Assembly (NCBI GenBank): GCA_037129495.1
Contig: JBAXUW010000004.1
Span: 1 to 50,568, forward strand
From: Planctomycetota bacterium
GTDB lineage: Bacteria; Planctomycetota; Planctomycetia; Pirellulales; UBA1268
Length of the DNA stretch: 50,568 nt
Direction of reading: 5' to 3'
Below, in pieces: positions 20,353 to 29,600 of the stretch; position 1 is the stretch's first letter; every line of letters begins with the position of its first letter. The notes beneath the pieces were generated by a model. The model ran no database searches, was not told where the DNA came from, and worked only from the letters and a program-made list of their open reading frames with translations. A program made the position numbers and the translations under genes.

Positions 20353-21277
20353 GAACGTATCCTTGTGGCGCAAGCGGCTGCCGCGTGCCGTCGGCAGCGA
20401 TCGCCACGAGGCCCTGCTTGGCGGTCAATTCGCCAATGATCGTCATTGGCAGGTCGAGCGGTGGCTGGCCTGCCGCCGCGACGAGGGCTTGGGCCGCGTC
20501 TGGCGGCATCACCAGCACCAGTTCAAAATCCTCGCCATCGCAGAGGGCATGGTCGAGCGGAGTGCGACCGTCGCCCGGCAACTGGCTCATGCGGACCGCG
20601 TCGGCATGGATTGGCACGGCATCGAGTCGCACGACCGCGCCCGTGCCGCTGGCCTCCAGCAGCCGCGAGAGGTCGAGCGAGAGACCGTCGCTGACATCAA
20701 TCGCGGCATGCACTTCAAACCGCTCGGCAATGAAAATCGCCTCGCGGCAGCGGGGCTGCACGGCAAGGTGCCGGCCCAGCAGGCTGCCGCCATAGCTCCC
20801 GGTGACGACGACGAGATCCCCGGGGCGGCCGCCGTCCCGCCGCCAGGCCTGCCCGGGAGGCACGCTGCCGATGGCCGTCACGCTCACGACCAGCGGACCG
20901 TCCCAAGAATTGGTATCGCCGCCGGCGAGTGTGCAGTTGTGCTCGGCCGTGATCGCCTGAATGCCTTCAAGCAGTCCGTGGGCAATCGCATCGCCACCCG
21001 CGCGGGGCAGACAGACCGCCACGAAGATCGCCTCAGGCCGAGAGCCCATCGCTGCGAGATCGCTCAGGCTGACAGCCACCGCCTTGTGGCCAACCATCCA
21101 TGGCAGGCAGTGGGGCCCGAGGATGAAATCAACGCCCTCGGTGAGCATGTCGACCGTGACAACGGTCCGCCGCCTGGCCGGCGGCCGTAGCACGGCAGCA
21201 TCATCGCCAGGGGGCACCTCCAGCCGCGGATCGGCAGGAATGCGGTCGAGCAGCCAGTGAACGAAGTCGGTTTCCAC
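20336..21277 (-). CDS. thiL: thiamine-monophosphate kinase
   Basis: PGDDAA, SDLAAMG, GGDT, IDVSDGL, GEDFEL, GYVH; GTG start estimated. Confidence 0.92.
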   Translation of the reverse strand: METDFVHWLLDRIPADPRLEVPPGDDAAVLRPPARRRTVVTVDMLTEGVDFILGPHCLPWMVGHKAVAVSLSDLAAMGSRPEAIFVAVCLPRAGGDAIAHGLLEGIQAITAEHNCTLAGGDTNSWDGPLVVSVTAIGSVPPGQAWRRDGGRPGDLVVVTGSYGGSLLGRHLAVQPRCREAIFIAERFEVHAAIDVSDGLSLDLSRLLEASGTGAVVRLDAVPIHADAVRMSQLPGDGRTPLDHALCDGEDFELVLVMPPDAAQALVAAAGQPPLDLPMTIIGELTAKQGLVAIAADGTRQPLAPQGYVHAFDC

Positions 21278-21322
21278 ACCCAGATTGTAACTGTTTTGGA
21301 AATCGGGGGTCTTCTGTCTTTC

Positions 21323-21392
21323 CTGGGATACGTCTTCCAACTTGTCCGCTTTTCGTTCTTCGGCAAGCTTTAAAAACTCGCCTCCACGGGGG
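21323..21392. repeat. REP-like paired repeat (A + inverted B)
   Basis: CTGGGATACGTCTTCCAACTTGTCC...GGCAAGCTTTAAAAACTCGCCTCCACGGGGG. Confidence 0.75.
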
Positions 21393-21431
21393 AGCCGAAG
21401 ACGCGAGAGCAGCCCGATCCTCTGAGATCAA

Positions 21432-22748
21432 CTACCGGCGAATCGTCTCAGAGACGAGATGGCCAAAGAGCGTTTCCCGGCCGCGAAGCACGTAAAACTT
21501 GATCGGGTTTAAGTGCTCATCCTCCGCCTTATCGAGGATGTAGGCGATGTTGTCGGGAAGAATCGTCTCCCAGACATGCAGGCCCACGAGGATGTCGCCC
21601 GCCCGAATTCCCTGTTCGGTTGCGGATCCTCCTTGACGGACCTCGCTGACGAGCAGGCCGCCGCGATACCGCGACTGGAGCCGCTGCACCTTCGCTGCAG
21701 GCATCGCTTCGAGTCGTAAGCCAAGCTCCCGCCAGCAGCGTTCATCCACAGAGAGCACGTCGCGGCGGAGGGCCGCCAACGATAGGTCGATCTTCTCTTC
21801 ACCGTCGCCCCGCATCACCGTCAACGACACGCTCTCTCCCGCCCGGTGGCCGAGCAGTCCCCGCTCGATGTCGAGTGGCCGGGCCACTGGGAGTCCACCG
21901 ATCCGGGTGATCACGTCGCCCGCCCTCACGCCCACGCTTTCGGCAGGGCTCTGGCGATGCACTGCCTCGACGATCACGCCTCGCGGGCCGTCGATCCGTG
22001 TCACAATCCCATGCCACGTGTGATCCACGCGTTCGACTGAGAGTAGTTCGGCCACTACTTCAAGGACACGGTCGACTGGAATGGCGAAGCCGATCCCCTG
22101 AGCCCCCGCCCGCACCGCCACGTTAATGCCGATCATCTCGCCGTCGACGTTGAGGAGCGGGCCGCCGGAGTTGCCCGGGTTAATACTGGCGTCGGTCTGG
22201 ATGAGATCGTCGTAACGCTGCGTACGGCTGACCTCCACATCGCGGTGGAGAGCCGAGATAATGCCGCGGGTCACGGTGTGTTCGTAGCCGAAGGCATTGC
22301 CAAGTGCCAGCACCGTTTCACCGATCATGAGATCGGAAGAGGTGCCGATCGTGATCACGGGGAGCGGTGCGTCGTTCTCGATCTTGATGACGGCGAGGTC
22401 AGTCCGAGGATCGTGAGAGACAAGCGTGGCTGAGGTTGTCTTGCCCGAGGCGAGCGTGACCTCAATCCGCCGCACGCCCTCGACGACGTGGTAGTTGGTG
22501 ATGACATAGCCGCGGGCATCCACAACGACACCGGTCCCCATGCCGTTGACTCGCTTCAGTTCGGCGGTCGTCTCGTCGTCTGGATTCGGCACGAGCTTTT
22601 GCCCGTGGATATTGACGACGCTGTCACGCTGCGATTCGATCGCCCGCACGATGGCGGTGCGGCGGCCTTCGGCTGCTTGGCTTGGCCGCGGGCTTGCGGT
22701 TGCTCCCAGCAATGCCACGACCGAAAAAACAGCCCACTGACAGCGCAT
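21432..22748 (-). CDS. HtrA/DegP-family serine protease with two PDZ domains
   Basis: Signal peptide; TNYHVV, DLAV, QTDASINPGNSGGP. Confidence 0.92.
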   Translation of the reverse strand: MRCQWAVFSVVALLGATASPRPSQAAEGRRTAIVRAIESQRDSVVNIHGQKLVPNPDDETTAELKRVNGMGTGVVVDARGYVITNYHVVEGVRRIEVTLASGKTTSATLVSHDPRTDLAVIKIENDAPLPVITIGTSSDLMIGETVLALGNAFGYEHTVTRGIISALHRDVEVSRTQRYDDLIQTDASINPGNSGGPLLNVDGEMIGINVAVRAGAQGIGFAIPVDRVLEVVAELLSVERVDHTWHGIVTRIDGPRGVIVEAVHRQSPAESVGVRAGDVITRIGGLPVARPLDIERGLLGHRAGESVSLTVMRGDGEEKIDLSLAALRRDVLSVDERCWRELGLRLEAMPAAKVQRLQSRYRGGLLVSEVRQGGSATEQGIRAGDILVGLHVWETILPDNIAYILDKAEDEHLNPIKFYVLRGRETLFGHLVSETIRR

Positions 22749-22945
22749 GAACAATCAGCTCCCCAGACTCCCCACTTCTGTGCGGTCCGCGAACGGAGCG
22801 ACACAGCCTGCAATATGCAGATTGCATCGACCACCCGCGCCCCGCGCTCTACCACCCTCGACGCGGGCCGGCACAGCTTTCCCAGATGGTGGCGGGTGGC
22901 GGGTGGCCGCCGTTTCGCCGCCCTAGAGTAACGGCCTGGTAAAAA

Positions 22946-24163
22946 TTATTCACGCCGCGGCCGGTCACCGTCGGCCTCTTCGGAGGGGCCGGTTTTCACG
23001 GTGCCAATCAGCAGCGGCAGGACCTGCATGAGCAGAAAAAGTCCCATCACCAAGAGCACGACCTGGGGCCAGATGCCGGCGATCCGTTCCCCCCATTCCC
23101 AGCGGGCTGCGCGGGCGATGCCGCCGACGAGCGTCGCTAGTACGAGGAGCATCAGCGCCGCCAGGACGAGTCCGCAGCCGAGCGAGGCCATGGTGCCGCG
23201 GAATGTACTGAGTTCGGAAAACTCCTCCTGATGGAGGTCGATGGCCCGGCCTTTCGCCAGACTGCGTGGCACGGTCTCGGCCAGTTCGATGGCCCGGGCC
23301 GCGTCAGACCAGGTGGCGGCGGGCACGCCATCGGCCTGCGGCACGCCATGCAGCAGGTCGAGCATGATGGCACCACGGTCAAAGCTGGCTGTTTCGGTAT
23401 GGTCGCCCGACCAGGTCCACGGGATTCCCGGCCCATCCGGAATATCAACGGCGGTGAAGCCTTCCGCATGAACGAGTTTGATGGAAAGCCCAGCCTGATC
23501 GCCACGGACCACCTGCCAGCGTAAGGGCACCTGTGCCGGCCCGCTCAAGCCCACCGAAAGCGTAGCCCAAGCCGAGTCGGCGTCGGCAGCGCCGAGTGTG
23601 GAGAGTCGGGACGGGTCGCCCGCCAGCACCCGCACGAGGTCGGCATCGACCGCGAGGGCCCGCAGCACCGCATCCTTCGAGCGGTCAACCAGCCGCCGTT
23701 CCATTGTGATCGTCTCGACGGGGCCCGGCGGGCCAACGCGGGCGAGGCCCATCTCAATACTCTCTTGCAGGCGGCGGATAAAAGGGTGCAGCCGATCGGG
23801 AAGAAAGGGGATCAGCCGGGCCCCGGAATCACCGCGGATCATGTCGAGCTCGTATGCCCAGAGCATCGAGAGCACCAGCGGATGGGAAAGCAGGAGCGGT
23901 CGGCCGGCCTGCACGAGCGCCCGCACGCCGCTGGCCCGGGCGTCGGTCCAGCCATCGCCGCCAACGAGCACGGCATCGCAGACCCGAGAGTCGAGGAGGT
24001 TTTCCCAGGAGGTTTCTCGGGGCACGTCAACGCTGACGGCCGCGGCAAGTGCCTCGCTGGCGGGTAGATCGCAGGCGATTACGATCGAGTCGCCGCGCGG
24101 GCCGGCAGCCGCAACGGCCTGCGCGATCCAAGAGTCGATGCCAAGGAGTCCGAGTTTCATCAT
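22946..24163 (-). CDS. conserved hypothetical protein, Gfo/Idh/MocA-like N-terminus with two C-terminal TM helices
   Basis: MKLGLLG Rossmann-like start, WENLL...DAVLVG, LVQAGRPLLLSHP; hydrophobic C-terminus; the upstream part of the tracked 686-aa ORF is a cinA shadow. Confidence 0.6.
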   Translation of the reverse strand: MMKLGLLGIDSWIAQAVAAAGPRGDSIVIACDLPASEALAAAVSVDVPRETSWENLLDSRVCDAVLVGGDGWTDARASGVRALVQAGRPLLLSHPLVLSMLWAYELDMIRGDSGARLIPFLPDRLHPFIRRLQESIEMGLARVGPPGPVETITMERRLVDRSKDAVLRALAVDADLVRVLAGDPSRLSTLGAADADSAWATLSVGLSGPAQVPLRWQVVRGDQAGLSIKLVHAEGFTAVDIPDGPGIPWTWSGDHTETASFDRGAIMLDLLHGVPQADGVPAATWSDAARAIELAETVPRSLAKGRAIDLHQEEFSELSTFRGTMASLGCGLVLAALMLLVLATLVGGIARAARWEWGERIAGIWPQVVLLVMGLFLLMQVLPLLIGTVKTGPSEEADGDRPRRE

Positions 24164-24239
24164 GCCATTGTTTGCCGGAGGCCCGCATTCGGCCAGCCCG
24201 GGCTGGTCGGGCGGGGGTGAAGCGGGGTAAAAACAGGGT

Positions 24240-25463
24240 ATGCACGCAGAAGTAATTGCGATTGGTGACGAACTCACCACCGGGCAGCGGCTCGACACCA
24301 ACAGCCAGTGGCTCGCCACGGAGCTTGGGCTGATGGGCATTCCGGTCCATTTCCATACCACCGTCTGCGATACGTTTGCAGACGGGATTGAGGCCTTTCG
24401 CATTGCCGCCGCCCGGGCTGATATTGTCGTAGCCACCGGCGGACTCGGGCCTACGGCCGACGATCTCACGCGGGACGTCTTGGCGGCGGTCGCCGGCGTA
24501 CCGCTAAAACTCTCTGCCGCGGCCCTCCACGTGGTCGAGTCGCGGTTTTCGCGGCGGGGCGTGACGATGCCGGCGAGCAATCGACGGCAGGCGGAGTTTC
24601 CCGAGGGCAGCCGGATGATTCCGAATCCCGACGGTACCGCTCCCGGGATCGATCTCGATCTCAAGCGGCCCGACGGGGGCAGAAGCCGGGTCTTCACGCT
24701 GCCGGGCGTGCCTGGCGAAATGAAGACGATGTGGAAGGCCACGGTGGCTGGCGACCTGCTCGCCATGCTGCCGGAGGCGGGTGTCTTTGTGTATCGCCGG
24801 ATCAAATGTTTTGGGGCGGGTGAGAGCGCCGTTGAGGGCATGCTGCCCGACTTGATTCGCCGCGGCCGTGACCCGCTCGTCGGCATCACGGCGCACGAGG
24901 CGACGATCACGCTGCGAATCGTCGCCCGTGGTCGCGACGAAGCAGAGTGCCTGGCGAAGATCGCCCCGACGGAGCAGACGATTCGGGAGTGCCTCGGAGC
25001 CATCATCTATGGCACAGACGACGACGAAGTGGAGGATGCCGCAGTGCGGGCTCTGGCTCACGCCGGGCAGACGCTCGGCACGGTTGAGATCGGCACTGAG
25101 GGCCGCGTGGCAGCGCTCCTTGCGCAGGCGGAGTCGCGGCGACAGGCAGAAAATGCAGCGGAAAACCTGTTTCGCGGGGGTACAGTGCTGACTCGTAACA
25201 CCGCGGCCATCGCGGCCGAAATCGACGCCTTGGCCGAACGGGCCCGGACCGATTTCGGGGCCATGATCGGCCTCGCGATCGGAGCGGCCCGCCTCGGGCC
25301 CGAGGGCCGCAGCGTGGTCGATATTGCTCTGGCCGACGGGCAGCACATCCAGCGGATCGAGCACATGCTGGGAGGTGGCCCCCTGCTCGCCCTGTCGCGG
25401 GCGGCAAAGACCGCCATGGAACTGGTGCGGCAGCGGCTCGAACCCCGGACGCTTTCACCATGA
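24240..25463 (+). CDS. cinA: competence/damage-inducible protein A
   Basis: AEVIAIGDEL..G...DTNSQWL, TGGLGPTADDLT, GTAPG, LPGVPGEM, GAGES. Confidence 0.9.
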   Translation: MHAEVIAIGDELTTGQRLDTNSQWLATELGLMGIPVHFHTTVCDTFADGIEAFRIAAARADIVVATGGLGPTADDLTRDVLAAVAGVPLKLSAAALHVVESRFSRRGVTMPASNRRQAEFPEGSRMIPNPDGTAPGIDLDLKRPDGGRSRVFTLPGVPGEMKTMWKATVAGDLLAMLPEAGVFVYRRIKCFGAGESAVEGMLPDLIRRGRDPLVGITAHEATITLRIVARGRDEAECLAKIAPTEQTIRECLGAIIYGTDDDEVEDAAVRALAHAGQTLGTVEIGTEGRVAALLAQAESRRQAENAAENLFRGGTVLTRNTAAIAAEIDALAERARTDFGAMIGLAIGAARLGPEGRSVVDIALADGQHIQRIEHMLGGGPLLALSRAAKTAMELVRQRLEPRTLSP

Positions 25464-26590
25464 GTTTTATTGTCGAGCCAGCCGCGGCGGGGCAGGGGTC
25501 TGGCCGCCGCACGCTTGTTTTGTTTGCGGGGCTCGTGACACTTGTCGGACTGATCGTCTGGCCGTCACTTGCCGGCCGCATCCAGTATGCCAAGACGCGG
25601 GCCGAACTGGCGGCGATCCGCGATGCGGCGGCCGGCGCTGAGTTGAGGTCGGTTGGCAAACTCTTCACGACCCTGGCGCGGGTCATTGGGCCGGCGGTTG
25701 TGAACGTGACGTCGAAGAAGCGGCTGCAGTCGCTCGCCGATGAGATCGGGGCGCTCCGTGGCGAGACGCCGACTGGAATCACCGACGAATCGGTCGGCTC
25801 GGGCGTGATCGTCGAAGCCGACGGCGTGATCATCACCAACTATCACGTCGTCGCGCAGAGTGACGAGATCGATGTGCTCTTATCAGACGGCCGCCGCTTC
25901 CAGGCCGATCTCGTGGGAGCCGACGCCGCCACTGATCTGGCTGTTCTGCGGATCAAAGCCCAAAATCTCCCGAAGGCCGAGTGGGCCAACAGCGACGAAG
26001 TCGAAGTGGGCGAGATGGCATGGGCGATTGGCAATCCCTTCGGGCTCGACCGCACGATCACCTACGGCATCGTCAGCGCCGTGGGCCGGCGGGGCGTAGT
26101 GGGCAACCCGTTTCAGGAGTTTCTGCAGACCGACGCCTCGATCAATCCGGGCAATTCTGGTGGGCCGCTGGTCGATGTGCACGGCCATGTGATGGGGATC
26201 ACGACGGCGATTATCGGCAAGGGCTTTCGCGGGATCGGCTTTGCGATTCCGAGCAACACGGCCCGGCGGGTCTGCGAGGAGATTTGTACGACGGGGCATG
26301 TTGAACGCGGCTACCTCGGCATGGCGCTTCGGGAACTGCCAGTGGGTTTCGCGGGCCGGCCGGGCGCCGCCGTGGCGGCGGTTGAGCCAAAATCGCCTGC
26401 CGCAGAGGCTGGCGTCAAGGCTGGCGACATCGTGCTCAGGTTTGACGGGGAAGATATCACCGAACCAACAACGCTCGTATTGCTACTCACGCGGTCTCCG
26501 ATTGGTGCCGAGCTACCGCTTGAGATCCTTCGCGACGGTGAGCCCACGACGATCACTGTGAAAGTCGGCCGCCGGCCCCACGACCGGTAG
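25460..26590 (+). CDS. HtrA/DegS-like serine protease, N-terminal TM and one PDZ
   Basis: TNYHVV, DLAV, QTDASINPGNSGGP; ATGA overlap with cinA. Confidence 0.92.
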   Translation: MSFIVEPAAAGQGSGRRTLVLFAGLVTLVGLIVWPSLAGRIQYAKTRAELAAIRDAAAGAELRSVGKLFTTLARVIGPAVVNVTSKKRLQSLADEIGALRGETPTGITDESVGSGVIVEADGVIITNYHVVAQSDEIDVLLSDGRRFQADLVGADAATDLAVLRIKAQNLPKAEWANSDEVEVGEMAWAIGNPFGLDRTITYGIVSAVGRRGVVGNPFQEFLQTDASINPGNSGGPLVDVHGHVMGITTAIIGKGFRGIGFAIPSNTARRVCEEICTTGHVERGYLGMALRELPVGFAGRPGAAVAAVEPKSPAAEAGVKAGDIVLRFDGEDITEPTTLVLLLTRSPIGAELPLEILRDGEPTTITVKVGRRPHDR

Positions 26591-26595
26591 GAATT

Positions 26596-26625
26596 GGCAA
26601 GCTTTAAAAGCTCACCTCCAGGGGG
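26596..26625 (-). repeat. REP-like repeat, type B (inverted)
   Basis: GGCAAGCTTTAAAAGCTCACCTCCAGGGGG. Confidence 0.65.
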
Positions 26626-26668
26626 AACCCCTGCACCCTCTCCCAGGTGGACAGCGAATGGGACTCGA

Positions 26669-29600
26669 CTATGGCTGCGGATCGGCCGGAGGTGCGTCCT
26701 CGGCGGACGGCTCGTCGAGAAGCTTAGCGAAGTTGAAGTCGTCGTCGCCAAAGCCTCCTTTCAACGCAAAACCGAAGTTGTCGCCAGCCCCGCCCACAGT
26801 CGGCTGGACCGCGGCCGCCGTGGGCCGGTCTGACGGCGTGCCCTGTGGCCGTGCCCTCATCGTGGCCGACACGCTCGCGAGCCACTCAGCCGTTGGGAAG
26901 GCATACGGTCGAAACTTTTCCAGCGTGCCGGTCTCCTCGTGGATGAAGAGCGCTCGCTGCGGGCCGAGCTTCACGGCGGCGGGGCTATCGACCAATTGGC
27001 TTGAGTCAGAGCCGCTCATCTGGAAGAGCACCCGCAGTTCAAACTCCTTGAGCGTGCCACGTTCAAACGTCCGCTGCAGATTCGTGAGCGAGTCGCACCA
27101 AATCAGCAGGTGGACGCCGACTGGCGGTCCATCCTTGAGAAGCGTGCCTAGGTTTTGCGCGGGCGTAGCCTTCTGCTCGCCGCCCGGCGACGAATAGCCA
27201 AAGTCGTTTTCGTTGCGCCGCAGTTCGCGGAAGCGGGCCAGATCACGGATGATCACGTAGACCGCTTCGCCGTCGAGCACCTGCTCATCGATTCGCCGCC
27301 GGACCTCGTCGGCTAGCCGCTGCATCGCGTCGCCCACGGCGAGCCGGCCCACCATCTCGATCTCATGCGGGAAAGACGGCACGAGTTTTGAGAGCAGGAG
27401 GTCGGGCTTCTCCTCGGCGATCGCCGGCTCGAAGACGACGAGCCGGGCCGCTCGCCCGAGTGCACCGCCATGAAAGGGATCGTGCGAGGCGGCGAGGCTG
27501 ACCATCGACATCGCCAGCAGACTCACGGCCAGATCCTCGCGCTGGCCGACGATGAGGAGGTTTGCACCGCCCTGACGGCGGAAGATCGCGGCGGTCGGAT
27601 CCTTGATGGCGATCGCGTCACCCAGCCACGCCAGGGGTGGTGTCTGTGACTTTCCGCCCACGGTGCCGGCCCGAAGCAGTTCGGCCAGCAGCGGATTCCC
27701 CGCCGGATCAGCCGCCTCGTTGCCGTCGAACACCATCCGGGGCAGGGTGGGGATATCGGTCCGCCGGTCGGCCAGCCTGCGGAGTGCGCCGAGGTAGCGC
27801 TCCCGCCGCTCGTCGTTTAAAAACACGACCTGAAACGGATTGTTGCCCGCGACCATGCCGTTGGCGTCATTGTAAATGGCCTCGCCGGGCCGCGTCAGTA
27901 GGCGGGCGGCGGTGTTGTCTTCGCTGAGGATGAGGCTGGAGTCGGCCTCGTTGCACTGCAGCGCCACGCGGACCGCCATCTGCCCCATCGTGGCGCGGGG
28001 CAGGCTATACGAGCCGCCGAGCGTCTGGGAGCCGAGAATGACATGCATGCCAAAGGCTCGGCCCTGGCGGACGAGCCGGTCGAGAATCAAGGTCGCATCC
28101 TGGGCGATCTTGTCGTCCTCGACAAAGATCTCCTGAAACTCGTCGATGATCAGCAGGATGCGGGGCATCGGCTCCGACTTGCTGGCATTGCGGAACCCGG
28201 CCACATCCTGAACCGCAAATTCACGAAACACGTCGCCACGTCGCTTCAGTTCGCGGTCGAGCTGCTCGAGCACCGACAGACCAAACTCTCGTTCGCTCTC
28301 GATGGCGATCACGCGGGCATGCGGCAGTTTGTAGTGATCGTAGAGCTTGAATTCCACCCCCTTTTTAAAGTCAATGAGATAAAACTGGATCTCGTTGGGG
28401 CTGTAGTTGAGGGCGAGGCTCGTGATCAGCGCGTGCATGAGCGTAGATTTTCCAGAGCCCGTTTTGCCGGCGATGAGCGCGTGTTGGCTCGTGCCCTTGC
28501 CGAGCTTCATATACTGCGTCTTCTTAGCCCCGGCGGGGCCTAGCGGCGCAAGCACCTCGCTCGCCGTGCTGCCCGTCCACCAGTCTTCTTCCTTAGGCGC
28601 CACGCGATCGAACGGCACTTCCACTCGCTTGGCCGCCTTGGCCGCCTTGCCGACCCGCTGGATGATCTGCGTAAACAGCTCATCCGATGGCGCCTGTTCC
28701 ACCGTCAGCGGCCATTTGCCAAACTCAGGGTCGTTCCAGGTATAGACGCCATCCTTGAGCGTGAGCGCCGTGGCATACTTCTCGATGTCGTTTGCGCTAA
28801 AATTCGACGGCATGTGCTGCGACGTGTCGATCGAGACGATCGTGTAGACGCCGCAGCGGGCACCTGAGGCGGCAATGCTCGCCAGCCGACGGGCGCTGGT
28901 CTCAGTGAAGTTGGCGGGGAAATTCGCCACCACGACAAAGCGATACGGCTCTGGCACCTCGGCGATGGCGTTGTAGTCGCCGATTGAGTGGTATTCGTTC
29001 CGCAGGTATTTCTGGATCACGAGTTCGATCTGCTCGGTGATGTCTGCCAAGCACTGCTCAATCTGCGGTGGCTCCGTCCAGATCCGGCTCGTGACGAGCA
29101 GTTCGTCGTAATCGGCCAGATGCATGAAGCCGGCAAACTGCTTGCCGAGACCGAGCGGGTCGATGATCGTGAAGCGGCTCTGACCCGCCGGAATGCCAGT
29201 GGCGATCCGCAGCATGAGCGCCTGCATCATGTCGGAGGCAGTCTCCTTCTGATCGCCAGTCGTCTTAATAAGCAGTGACGCTCCCACGGGGAAGGGCATC
29301 AACGCGGGCTGTGTCCAGGCAGTCGGGCCGAAGGCGTTGAGCGCCGGTCGCGATGACACACCTCCTGGCATTTTCTCCAGGCTGAGACTGAGCTGCCCAA
29401 ACCGCAGCCCCGGCGGCGACGCGGTCGGCAGTGGCACTTCGTCGCGAGCCAATTCATTCCAAGGGAGGAAGGCCGCGGCGTCGATCAGGTTGGCTTCGTC
29501 GTAGCTGGCGGCGGTCTCCGTGCGGGCGGTCTGCCAGGCCTCTGTCATTTCCCGCCAACGGTCGTCACGGTTGCGTTCGGCGCTGACTAGCCTTTCGTCA

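Noticed and set aside
24164-25006. N-terminal 281 aa of the tracked 686-aa ORF
   Set aside because: Mostly antisense to cinA; the real gene likely starts at MMKLGLLG (24163)
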